Shown here piece after piece: positions 1 through 11,678 of a stretch of DNA of 64,000 nt. This DNA is from Vitrella brassicaformis CCMP3155 (taxonomy: Eukaryota > Protista > Chromerida): the NCBI GenBank assembly GCA_001179505.1, contig CDMY01000244.1:1-64000 (forward strand), read 5' to 3'. The position numbers were made by a program, and so were the translations under genes. The notes under the pieces are model-generated. The model was not told the DNA's origin, made no database searches, and was given only the letters and a program-made list of their open reading frames with translations. How positions within the stretch are numbered: the stretch's first letter is position 1; each line of letters begins with the position of its first letter.

Positions 1-1403
1 CTACAGCCCGCCCCCCAACAATCGCGTGGATGAAGACACCGTTGATGCCCCGCACTTCGGCCAAGTGGCTGACCAGCTGCAGCAGCCAATGGAGCCACAG
101 CCACAGCAAAAGGGCCAGGGAGTACAGCAGCAGCAGCACCAGCAGCTGCACCAGCAAGAGGCTGATGTGGTGGTGGGTCCCCTCTCTCACCCTGCAGCAG
201 CAATCGGCCAGTCCGACAATGGTGAGGCGTCCCCCGCAGGTGTTGTTGCTCAGCCCCAGCTGCAGCCAACGCCCTCGTTTGCGCCGCCGTCCATTCCCAA
301 CTCGGCTCATTTCCTCCCTCCCCCGCCACCCATCGCCGTGGCCGTGGAGACGCCGCAGTTCCCCCTGTCTGAGGCGCAGCAGGGCGCTGCTGATGGAGGG
401 GATGTGGAGGGGCAGGGGAGGGTGCGGGTGTGTTGGCGCCTCCGGCTGTGGAGCTGCCTGTCGGTGACCCGGTGATGCCCTTCATGCCGCAGCAGATGAT
501 GGCCCCGGTGCCCCCAGCGCCCGTTTTGCCGCACCCCTTCAATCTCATGATGGCCCTCGCGGCGATGGGCAACGGCATGCAGCCCAGCGTCATGTTGCCC
601 ATGATGCCCCAGCCGTTTGCCTCGGCTGCTCCCCCGCCCTGCCAGTTTGGTGCCATGCCGTTGGCCCTCGATCCTGCCATGGCTATCGCCAACAATCCCC
701 AGCCACCAGCACATGAGGTGAGCAAGGAATACACACATACACTATGATTGTGTGTTAGCATCTGTGTGTATGTGTCTGTGTGCAGATGCCGCTGCGTGAG
801 CCGCCGTTCCACAACAAGACCATCACCCCGCCACCGCCCCCTCCCGACACACACCTCAACGGCGCCGGCCACAACGGCAGCCACATCGGATACGGGCAGG
901 GAAAGCAAGGCGGCCATGACAACAAAGAGGGGCTACTGGGCGACCATGGTCAGCACCATGGCGGAGGGGGTGCGATGGGGCAGGGCGGCCAACATCGTCA
1001 TCACCAACAGCAGCAGCCCGTGCATCACCCGCAGGGCGCCTGCGGCGGGTGGGGAGGCCACAACATACACCCCGCCGACCACCACCACCACCACCAGGGG
1101 CCCCAGGCGGACTTCAACAACACCAGCTTCAACCCGCACATCACCAACGTGCATGCCCACCGACAGCAGCCGCAGCCGCAGCAGAGGCCCAACGCATACA
1201 TGTACCCGACCATTCTGCCGCCCCCGCCTGCCGCCAACGGACAGCACCACAACCACCACCACAACAAAACCAACCGGCACAACGGGTGGGGCGGCGGATG
1301 GGGCGGCCAGAGGGGCGGGCCAGGAGGCAGTGGGGGCCGGCTGAGAGGAGGGCGCAGCGGCCGACGAGGCGGGGCGGGTGACAGCCGCCGTCGTGGCCAC
1401 TAG
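1..1403 (+). CDS. 3' end of a gene encoding a low-complexity Q/P/H/G-rich region with an RGG-type tail (5' part outside the window)
   Basis: ORFs 26-475, 430-747 and 780-1403. The latter two are joined by a clean intron 718-785 (GAG|gtgagc...tgtgcag|ATG). Ends GGWGGGWGGQRGGPGGSGGRLRGGRSGRRGG...RGH* (TAG 1401-1403). A frame break near 410-453 is unresolved. Confidence 0.7.
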
Positions 1404-2363
1404 GAGATCGCCCACATGAGGCGGGCTGGACGTCTGCTTTGTGTTTTGGGACGGTTGGGTGGGGTGGGAGGGGGGAGGGGGGGGCATACGTGAGTATATT
1501 ATGAATGAGCTGATTGACTGACCGTTCCTTGACCGTTTGATTTTCCCAGAGATGTCTCCATCTGGCTGCCATGGTGTCACGCTGGCGAGGTGGCCGGCCA
1601 GTGAACACATCTTGACTTCTTGGCTTATTGTGCCTGGCCGCCTGGCTGTCTGGACGTCTGACTGTGACGCACATCAGTGCGTGTGTGTGCGTGCGCGTGT
1701 GTGTGTGTGTGTGTGTGTGCGCCTGATTGACAGCAGTGAACATGAGCCACCGAACACACCAGCGAGAGAATGACAGCCGGTATACGTCAAATGGGGGAGG
1801 AAAGGGCTGCAAGGGAGGGGAGAGACAAGGGAGGGGAGTTATGCGTGTCTGACTATAGCGTGCCCGCGTCTGTTTGAAGGGGGAGGGGCGTGTGTGGCTG
1901 CCAGTGTTCATGGGGCTGAGAGAGAGGGCTTTGTCAGTCGGACAAATGACAATCGAGCGATCTTCAGAGGTTCAACAACATAATCCAAACCAGGCACTGA
2001 GACATCAGGCACACGAACGTGCCGAATCCCCCAGCATGTCACTTACCGATTTGTGGCCACGGAGCACAACTCAATTCAGCACCGCTCCCGTCGTTGCGAG
2101 ACCGCTCGTCTGCGTTGCTTGTCATCGCAAAGAGAAAGATCGATGGAAGGTATGGTCTCAGCACAGCTACCTGCACACGACCGCATCATCCCACCGCTCG
2201 GAGCTCTGCGACACGTCGGAGACTGGGGGGAACTGGGGGTCACCTTGCTCCTCAATATACGCGAGAAAGTATGAGCGCCAAAAAAACAAGCAAGGTACGC
2301 ATTCCACGAGCCGCCCATCATTCGTATACATAAGATCCATGTGTACGTCTGCTCCCTCGTCTC

Positions 2364-5300
2364 ATGCAGAAACCTTCGCCTCGCAAGGGCGGCGTTTCAT
2401 CGCCTCGAGTGTTCCACAGGGGCTGGTCGCGCGTCAGAGATGCCGTCTTCGGCGCCGTCACTGACGACGAGCGCAAGACGTCACTTGACTTCCTGCTCGA
2501 GAGCAGACGGAGGCAGCGACAGCAGGCATACAGACGGGCCGGACCGGCACGTGCGGCCCCTCTCACCAAGGCAATGGGCCTCTTGGGCTTCATCCCGACT
2601 GACATGAGCATGCAGGAGCTCAACGAGGCAGGCATCGCCGCGGATGAGTGGCTGAAGCGGGTGCACAACAAGCTCCAGGCCGGCGGGATGCCGTCCGCAC
2701 TGAATTATCCGTGTCCGACCGATTGGAAAGGCCTGAGAGGGCCGATCCCGCGGTCCTTCTACGAGGTCCAACACCCGGTTGCACATGTCGTCGAGCCCAA
2801 GGTGGATGGAGAGGCGGCGACATTCAAGCTCGTCTTCCAATGGCTTCTGAAGAGGCTGTGCGACCAACAACGGAAAATCGATGTCTTGTGGGAGCTTTTC
2901 TCTGTGAGAGACGACTTGGTCGAGTCGAACGATACCAGGACGGGGCAGCAAAGTGCCCCTGTCGACAGCTCCCAAGTCTCGGCGCAACAACAGGAGGGTT
3001 CTTTGGGAGAGATTTCCTTCACCCTTTCGGAATCTATCGAGCAACCAGTTGCAAGCCATGGATCAGCAACCACGGGGCCGGACCTTGTGGCTCGGGGGCA
3101 GTGCATTCTCCTGCGAAATGTGGTACACAGCTTTCATGAAAGCCTGCAGGGATTGCAGAGCCAAGTCAGTAAGTGGGCACGCGCTCACCTTCTCGTGAAT
3201 GCAGGAGTGTGTCGTATGGCTCCGCTGTCTCGTGCATGCAGCTTCGTGTGACGAATACGCGGATGGACAAGGCCTCCTTCCCGCAGCTAGAGGCGCCCAA
3301 ACATGTGCGCCACAAGGATGTGCAGACGATGCCTGAGGACGAAGGCGAGGAGCCCCCGGATGCCGCACGGCTGCTTTCCAAACCGGTGTGGTGAGACATG
3401 ACTTCGTGAAGGCCTCTAATGGCCGACTGAGCGACTTTCTCTTTGTATTCATCAGCCCTGGTCGCTGCCTCTTTTGAAGACCCTGGATATCTACTCAATC
3501 AACGAACGAGTCGGCGGAACTGCCTGCTTACATCGTCCTCTTGTTCTCTTGTTGGTCATTCTTCACCCTCATTCAGTTCACTGACATCCAGAAGGATCAG
3601 CACGAGATGTGTCGCGCCCTCACGGCGCACCAGCACACCATCTTCGAGCTGGCTGACCAGGCCAAGGACTACACTGAGACAAAAGACATGATCAAAAGGT
3701 CAGGCAGGCGACTCGCTCCATGTCCATGTCTCACTCCACATCAGCCGTATGCGCGGGTGTGCTCAGGCTGCAGGCGAGGCAGAATGCGACCGACGAGACA
3801 ATCAAGGCCATGAAGGCAGAGATCAAGAGCTTCTCAGCTCTTCAGCAGAGGATCGAGGAGACACAGCTGGATGTGGTCGGGAGCCAAGAGAATTAGATTT
3901 GCCATGCATCGGTGGATGTATGCATAAAAGGGGGATTGGTGTACCTTCAGGCCAAGCTTCGATCGGAGCTCAGTGAGAGGAAAGAGGACCTTGAGCCGGT
4001 GGCAGAGAAAGCCACCAAACTGGCCAAGCAGCTCGACACAGTCCTTGATCGACTGCAGGTATGACTGTCTGCATGAAGAGCCGCTAGAGAGCTTTCCCAC
4101 TTGTGCCGTTTGTCGGTCTTCACATACATACAGGATGTTGAGACTGACATCGTCAAGAAAGGAGACGTCAGCAACATGCAGAAGAAACTGGACCACCGGT
4201 AGGTAGTGGGCAGGAAGGCATGCAAGTCTCGCTCTATTCATGTGGTCCCTGTGACCCCCAACAGGATCTCTCGGTTCAAGACGGCGGCAGAGGAGACATT
4301 CGGTAGCTCTCAACCTTTGATTTGTCCGTTGATTGCTCAATTCTCTTTTGCCCGCAGGTCTTCTGGACAAGAAAGTGATAGAGCTGTACGAGTGCTTCTC
4401 CAACGCGTTTGGCGACACGACCACGCCCCTCATCCTTCAGAAGCCCGTCAAGACCCACCTGCACACAGACACCCCGCAGTCTGTCCGGACCCCATCTCCC
4501 CCAGACAGCGGCCGCATCACCGCCCATCGGCCGATCAGCGGTGGGGTGGATGTGAGAAGGTCGCCTGTGGACCCGACCCTAACAACGGTCTGTGCGTCCT
4601 GTCTCAGGTACACACATACAGGGAGTGCAGACGAAATCAGTGTGTTCTCGATGGCACATATGTGCCTAATTGTCTCAAACGGAAGGTCATTCGACCCCAC
4701 ACCCCTCCAGCCTTCTCCATCGATATGCAAGCCGCTTCCCAGCAACTTCGGTATCATAGCCACACCCAACTTCCTCCATCCGCCCAAGCGCGGCGAATCA
4801 CAGAGGGGCACCTCCAGAAAACACGAAGGCAGGCGATAGTTTGTAGAGAGAACACATACAGGCACACCGACAACGAATGTTTGTGCTGTTGCAGATGATT
4901 CTGAGCAACCGAGTGAGACGGAGATGCTGCGACCCAAATCTCAGCCTGCAGGCATGTCGCCTCGATCTTTCCACCGCATTGCAACTCCTGACTTGCGATG
5001 CGGTGGAATGGCTGAATCGGGCGCCGAGAGCGATCAATCTATTCCCCTTGCGCCGCCTCCCCCACCCCCCTCCTCTCTTCCCCCACAGCCCCTCTCCCCT
5101 CCAAAGGCCCTTGCCGCAGCCTTCATCAATGAGAACCACTGTGCCAAGTCACCGAGGGCCTTACGAGCCAAACGGCCCAACAACCGAAAGGCGACGTGGC
5201 AAGGCAAGAAGGGCGGCATGCCTTCGGTGCCACCGAAGCATGGCAGCACGCTGGATGGACACCACGCCTCCTTTGAGATGTCGAGCCTTGAGCGGTCCAT

Positions 5301-5391
5301 CGACACGTTCACAATCGACGGGTTTCACTCGTCTGACGGAAGGGGGGCAGCGAAGGGAGGGCCGAAGGGGAATGGAAAACGGAACAGATAG
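2364..5391 (+). CDS. Multi-exon hypothetical protein with a central coiled-coil region and a Pro/Ser-rich C-terminus
   Basis: 295-aa first ORF, then spliced heptad-like exons (e.g. LQARQNATDETIKAMKAEIKSFSALQQRIEET; LRSELSERKEDLEPVAEKATKLAKQLDTVLDRLQ). Last exon corresponds to ORF 4924-5391. No family motif recognised. Confidence 0.55.
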
Positions 5392-5588
5392 ACATTGGGG
5401 GACGCGCATTATAGGACAATCCAATGTCCATCGGATATGAAGCTCCCTATGACAATCCAGGGATGGTCTCTAGAGTTTGAACTTGAACCTTCCCTGGAGA
5501 CGCTTGAGACGCCGTCATGCTGGCCACCGCAGAATTGTAAACGATCTAGAAATTTCCCGAATTCGAAGGCCGGTTGTGCGTCAGCGCC

Positions 5589-8500
5589 ATGAAGCTTTTC
5601 GCTTTTTTCATCGCTGTCGTCACGGTCTCCCTGCAACATGGTGAAGGCAGGCGCCAAAGGAAGGCCCAGTCGGCCAGGGTCCTCCAGGCCTCATACGACT
5701 ACAACCAGCGCAGCACCAGCCTGGATGTCAAACACCGCATCCAAAAAATGTCCCTCGACGAGGCCCTTGCGGCCGTCGGCCACCTGATGCCCGCTGAGGT
5801 AGGAGGGAGATAATAGATCTACCACGTAGACGTCACCATTTGGTGTCCCTCTGTGTGTGTAGGTTCACGAGATCTTGGCCGAGAAGCTCAGCAAGCCCCT
5901 CCGCAAGAAAGCCGCAGCCCAGATCCGCCGCCAGGCAGCCAACCTGAAGGCGTCCGTCGATGGGGAGGCAGATCCAAGGCAGGAGAGCAAGGCCAACGTG
6001 CAGGGCAAGACCAACGTCGTGGTGGAGAAGGTGGGGAACACCCTCCCCTCCCGGCACTCACTGCTGCGCTCAGGCGACGTAGAGATCTTTGCTTATTCTT
6101 GCCCGTGTCGTGTCCCTGTCAGATCAACGAGATGGCTTTGGATACCATCAAAGATCTCGGTAAGTAAGGGAGCGGGCGGGAGAGAAAACACCGCCAACCA
6201 TCAGATTGCGGCTGCTGGCTGCTGTTTTGACAGATCTGACCAAGATTGACTGCAAGGCCACCATGGACAGCCTCGATGAGGAGCTGCATCCTGCAGGTAG
6301 CCAGGACGCCCACATACACATGGCTTCCGTCCCGCCACCTGGCTCTCTGTGTTTGTTTGTGCAGGCTGACAACTCCCGGCTGGAGTCTGACCTCAACGAC
6401 GACCAGTCAGAGCTGTTGCAGTGGACGGCCAAGAAGGACGAAGCCCTCCAAGCCATACAAAGCTTACAGGTAGACTTACTGCGTCTGTATGGAGCTCCTC
6501 TTATTTTCCTGTCTCTCTTCTGTGCAGGATCAACTGGAAGAGCACAACAAGGAGTGTGATCGCGAGATAGCGTCGACGGAGGACCTGCACACCATCATAG
6601 AGGGCGACTACAACGTGTCGAGCAAGGTGGTGGCCAAGACCGACTGCGCCAAGGCCCTCGATGTGGATGTGGGCAAGGCCTTCATCGACCTGCAGCGCAG
6701 GGGCTGGCAGCTGGACATGCCGGGCACGACGAAGGAGAGCTTTATCCAGACACAGACCCTCCATCACAGCGGCGCCACCAAGCAGACACAGTCACCAGTG
6801 TTGCTGCAGTGCATCAAACCCAACGGATACATGTTCATGTGAGCAGCGCACATCCACCAAGGACGCACCGACACGTGTGCACTTCTGCCACCTTTTCTTC
6901 TTTCAGGACTTTCCAGAACCCACGGATCTCCCAGGCGTTGGTCAAGCTGTCCAGCAAGCGCCGCGAGAAGGTCAACGCGGCTCTTCTACAGGTGAGGGAA
7001 CACACACACACACACAACAGACACAGACACAGACACAGAGAGAGAGAGAGAGAGATCGCCTTCTACAACACAAAACATGATCCTGTTTTGTGTCCTCTTT
7101 CCAGCTCTCGCAGGAGCGGCAGGACCCCATGGTTAACGGCACCATGTCCCTCAGCAACGGCACCATTGGTGTGGACGAACCCGACACGCCCGCACAGACA
7201 GAGGTTCCCGAAGAGATGGCCGACGCTAAGTGCACCATAGCCAACAGCCCCTCTGCCCCAAGTTCAACGACATCCTCTCCGGCCTCGTCGCCGACATCTA
7301 TGCGGAAAAAATGACCGTCGAGGGGTGAGAGAGTACCACACACAAAACGGGTGGGTGCTTGGTTGCACGTGAGTTTCACTTCATGTGTGGATATATGCAG
7401 TTATCTGGAGGAGCTTGTTCGGAATTGCACTGAGATCCGCGAGAACATCCAGATGGACATCGACAGCTGGCAGCGCACCCTGGCCCTCGCCAACACACGC
7501 ATCGGTCAGCTCGATGCGCGGATAGAGGAGATCAACACCGACCTGGAGGAAGTGCGAAAGTGAGATCTGCCCGCCTCATCCCTACGTATGTCTGTGTCCT
7601 AAGTGCCGTGTCTCTGTCATTGCAGGACTCAGGGGCTCAAACAAGATGCCCTTGACAAGAAGAAGGCCGAATGCGATACTGCCATCGAGGAAGGTGACTG
7701 ACAGACAGACAGACAGACACTACCGAGAGACGCGTTGAGGACGAACTCTCCTGATGTGTCTGTGCATACGTTGCAGCGACCACTGCCATATGTGGGATCG
7801 GCAAAATCAAGGGTGACTTGGCCAAGATGTCCGGCACTCCAGATATCATCGAGGTCAGAGGGAACAACAACCAAACCACAGAATGCCCTTCTGCCGTCCC
7901 ATACTTGTCTGTGCCTCGTCGTGGTTCAGGACTGCGAGGTCAGCGATTGGGAGTATGGCGTGTGCAGCAAGGAGTGCGGCCCTCAGGGCGGCCTCCAGAA
8001 TCTCACACGACAAGTCATCACCCAGCCCACCCCCGGGTACGGCACGCCCTGCCCGGCGCTCGAGGCTGAGATGGTCTGCAACAAGCACCCATGCCCCATT
8101 GACTGTCAAGAAGGATCATGGTCCGAGTTCACGAGATGCTCGGCCGAGTGCGGCAACGGAGACCAATACAAGTGACTAAGACTGACAAGGCCTGAAGAGG
8201 GGAGACACGGTGGCTCCATCTGTCTGTCCGCGTGTGTCGTGTCGTGTCGTGTCAGGTTCCGTGACATAATTCGAGAGCCCCGCTACAACGGTCGCCCGTG
8301 TGATGCGCGCATGGTGGTCAAGCAGTGTCAGGTGACTCACACAAACAGACAGACAGACAGGCAGAGAGTGTGCGAGCGAACGCATCGATCAATCGTTTGC
8401 CTGTGTCTGGCCAGCGCGACCCGTGTGACAAGGACTGTGTGCTCAGCGAGTGGACTGAGTACAACGCATGCGACGTGGCGTGTGGTGGCGGCTTCCACGA

Positions 8501-9973
8501 GAGGCGCAGGAACGTCCTGGAGCCTCCTACTGGCCAAGGGTACTGCCCGCCGGCAGAGGATGTCAGACGGTGAGCTCTCGGGCGCAGGCAAAAGGGAAAT
8601 GGGGTTTGTGGACGGGTGTCTCGTATGTCTGTGTGTCAGTCACGAAGAAAAGACGTGCAACGAGCAGCCATGTCCCGCGGAGCGCCCCGTGTGCGAAACC
8701 AAAGCTGACGTGGTCCTCATTCTCGATGGTTCTGGGTACGTCAAGACAGCAGGCACCCCCCACACACAATGTTTCCACTAATGCGTGCCTCTCTGTGTCC
8801 AGATCGATGAGTGAGGAGCAGTTTGGCAAGATCAAGACCTTCGCCAAGCGACTGGTGCTGCAGACCAAGCTCAATTCGACCACCAACGCGCAGATCGGCA
8901 TCGTCCTCTTCTCCCACTGGAGCGAAATCCTGTCAAGGATGACCGACGACAAAGAGAAACTAATCAAGAAGATCGACGCACTCAAGTGGCCGGGAGACGA
9001 GGCGTGTCTCGCATCGGCGGCATTCCATGCCAAGCGGGTGCTCCAAAACGGGGTACGTAAGTGGGGCGTGGAGAAGTGGGGGGGCCCTGCACAAGGGGGA
9101 CAGGACACAGCTGGCAATGCATGCATGTGATGTGTCATTCATTGATCAGGGTCGCGAGGACGCTGCCAGCATTGTGCATCTGATCACTGACGGCAAGCCA
9201 TCAGGGCCCATCCTCACGTCAGCAGAGATCGACTACTACACTAAGATGGGCATGTAAGCACAAAGACACACGCTGGCAGAGAGACCCATAGTTCCCTCCC
9301 TTCACCGTCCATCGATGGGGTGACCTCTCTCTGCAGGTACTTCATGGTGCCGCCGATGCTGACGGGCTTCGAGCAGGAGTGGACGTATGAGTCCAAGGCG
9401 GCACACGAACTCATGTAAGAAGAATTGTCCTACCCACAGCCATTCTCTTCCAATCGTATGTATGTGTGTGTTTTTGAAGGGACTTCGCCATACTAAACAT
9501 GATACTGATTGGCGGCGACACCGATTCGCTGGACTACTACATGCCCCTCAACCACGACCTCTTCCGCCTGGAGGAATTTGACGAGCTCGATGACGTGCGT
9601 AAACGGCCACATGAGCCACACAGCCGTGTTGCATTCTGTCTGGTGGTCTGTCTGTGTTTGTCGTCAGTTTGTTGACGACTGTGTGATCATGACCTGCCCG
9701 GAAATCGCCAACCTGACGCCACTAGATCCCACTGCCTCGACCGTCGATCGCACAACCACGTAAGGCCAAATACTGACACGGACCTCTCTGCATCTAGATC
9801 TGCATGGAATGGATGTGTGTGTTGTTCTTGTCAGCATTACGAGTGGCAGCACGTTCCTGGCGCACAAGGCCACGGTAGTCAACGGCGCCACGGGCAAGGC
9901 CTTCTACCTCTCCAAGAGCAAGTACCGGCACTACAAGAGAAGATACTGGGGCAAGGTCCAACGCTTCAACTAG
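5589..9973 (+). CDS. Secreted protein: signal peptide, long coiled coil, three thrombospondin type-1 repeats, von Willebrand factor A domain, basic tail
   Basis: MKLFAFFIAVVTVSLQHGEG signal peptide. TSRs DCEVSDWEYGVCSKECG, DCQEGSWSEFTRCSAECG, DCVLSEWTEYNACDVACGGG. vWA: ADVVLILDGSG|SMS...QIGIVLFS...VHLITDGKP. Last exon 9835-9973 ends KYRHYKRRYWGKVQRFN*. Confidence 0.85.
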
Positions 9974-10718
9974 AGAGGGGGCTTTCTGGAGGGAGGGAGG
10001 GAGGGAGGGAGGGAGGGGGGGAGGGTGGAGGGGAGGACGGAGACACGCGCTTGTGTAGATAGATCGCTGGTAAGCTAGGAAGTGTCCCACGTGTGTGTCT
10101 GAAACTATCGTTGCCTCTGCATACGTGGCGCGGGTAGCATCATGAAGGGTGGCCGTTCAGACGGGATGCATGTGACTTGAGTGAATGCCATTTGAATCGC
10201 ATCGCATCAACACTGAAATCAATGCATGGTTCAAAGGAAAGCACGTCTGCCGTCTGTGTGCACATGCATCGCATCCACAGACTCGATCGTCAGATCGGTC
10301 GCGTCTCTTCCTTGCGTCTGTTTGTCACGTTGAGTGTCTGATCTCGCAGGCGTCGCAATCCCAGGCTCACCATGCCTCAGCGATCCCGGTAGAGACGAGA
10401 GCGAGAGATGACACCCAACGCATCAAACAGTCGAAGGACACCAGGCAAGCCGGCAGGCAAATCCATCTAGGCACGATTGATGGCACACACGACAGGGCTT
10501 TCCTAGCTACGGGTGTCCTCGACAGGTGGCTGTCAGTCAGAGCAGAGAGAGGGCCAACAGCGGCCAGGCTACTTAGTGTCGCGTCGAATTGTATGCACAC
10601 GGCGCACTCTCAGGCCAGCTGAGCTATCTATCTATGTATACGAGAGAGAGAGGGAGAGGATTATACACGCTCGCCGGCAGGTATACCGGCTGGCTGGCTG
10701 CCTCTCGGCCGCCGATCT

Positions 10719-11525
10719 TCAGTCAAACGCGACAATATCGTCGACGGAGTCCTCCAGCCGCTGCGATTTTCTGCACGGCTTGGGCAGCGGGTTGAGGCCC
10801 GAGCAGGCTATCAAGGCACCGTCGCAGTTCTTGTGGCCACACTGTACGATGGACGAAACACACAGCACACCAGTCAGGGGGAGAGCAGTGCAGACATCGC
10901 GCTGCGTGTCCGGTAGGTAGGTAGTACACGTGATTGTGTGCCGACTGGGCGGGCGGACCTTGATGCAAGCTGATGCACAGCTGTTGAAGAGGCAGGGCCA
11001 TTCACACTTGCTGGCGCCGCACGCGATGGATTCTGCCCAACACTCAGAACAGCCAGGGGATACCTGCACACACACACAGAGGTAGGTATATAGAAGACCT
11101 ATGGCTGTCGGCTCGGCTCGGCTGTAGTACAGTACCCACCCCCCCTGGCTGGCTCTCTCACCGTCTTGCCATTGAAGGTCGCTTTATTCAGACAGTCGCG
11201 GGACTTGTCCCGTGATCCGTACGCTGCACAGATCAGCACACACAAGAGAGGATCCGATCCGTGCTGGAGATCTTTGTCTATCTGTCGTTGCCTGTGCTGT
11301 GCCTATCTTACTGCTTCGCCCGCAGCTGAAGACATGCGGGAACCATGCCTTGTCGAACACGATTGCCCTGTCACTCTCGTTGTCGCACTGGCCCGCTGGA
11401 GCGGCCCTCGCCTTCCCTCCCTTGACCGCCGCCTGCACGGCGCTGTCTGGCTGGTTCGGCGGTGATGCGGCCACGATGATGACTGAAACCAAGACAAGCT
11501 GGACAGTCCACCACGAGGCAGCCAT
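10719..11525 (-). CDS. Small secreted cysteine-rich protein (4 exons)
   Basis: Signal peptide MAASWWTVQLVLVSVIIVAAS. Spliced product ...QCDNESD...FSCGRSTYGSRDKSRDCLNKATFNGKTVSPGCSECWAESIACGASKCEWPCLFNSCASACIKCGHKNCDGALIACSGLNPLPKPC...; GT-AG junctions keep the frame. Confidence 0.75.
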
Positions 11526-11678
11526 CGCAGGTGCAGGAAAGATCGCCGCAAAAGATCGTCGCACCAGCGGTTTCATGGGCTTTCATGGAGCGCCCTAAGA
11601 TCACTAATTTGCGAGCTCAGGAAAGGAAGTCCCCACGCTGCTTTGTGGATAATTTCATGCTCCCTGTTGATATTTGTG

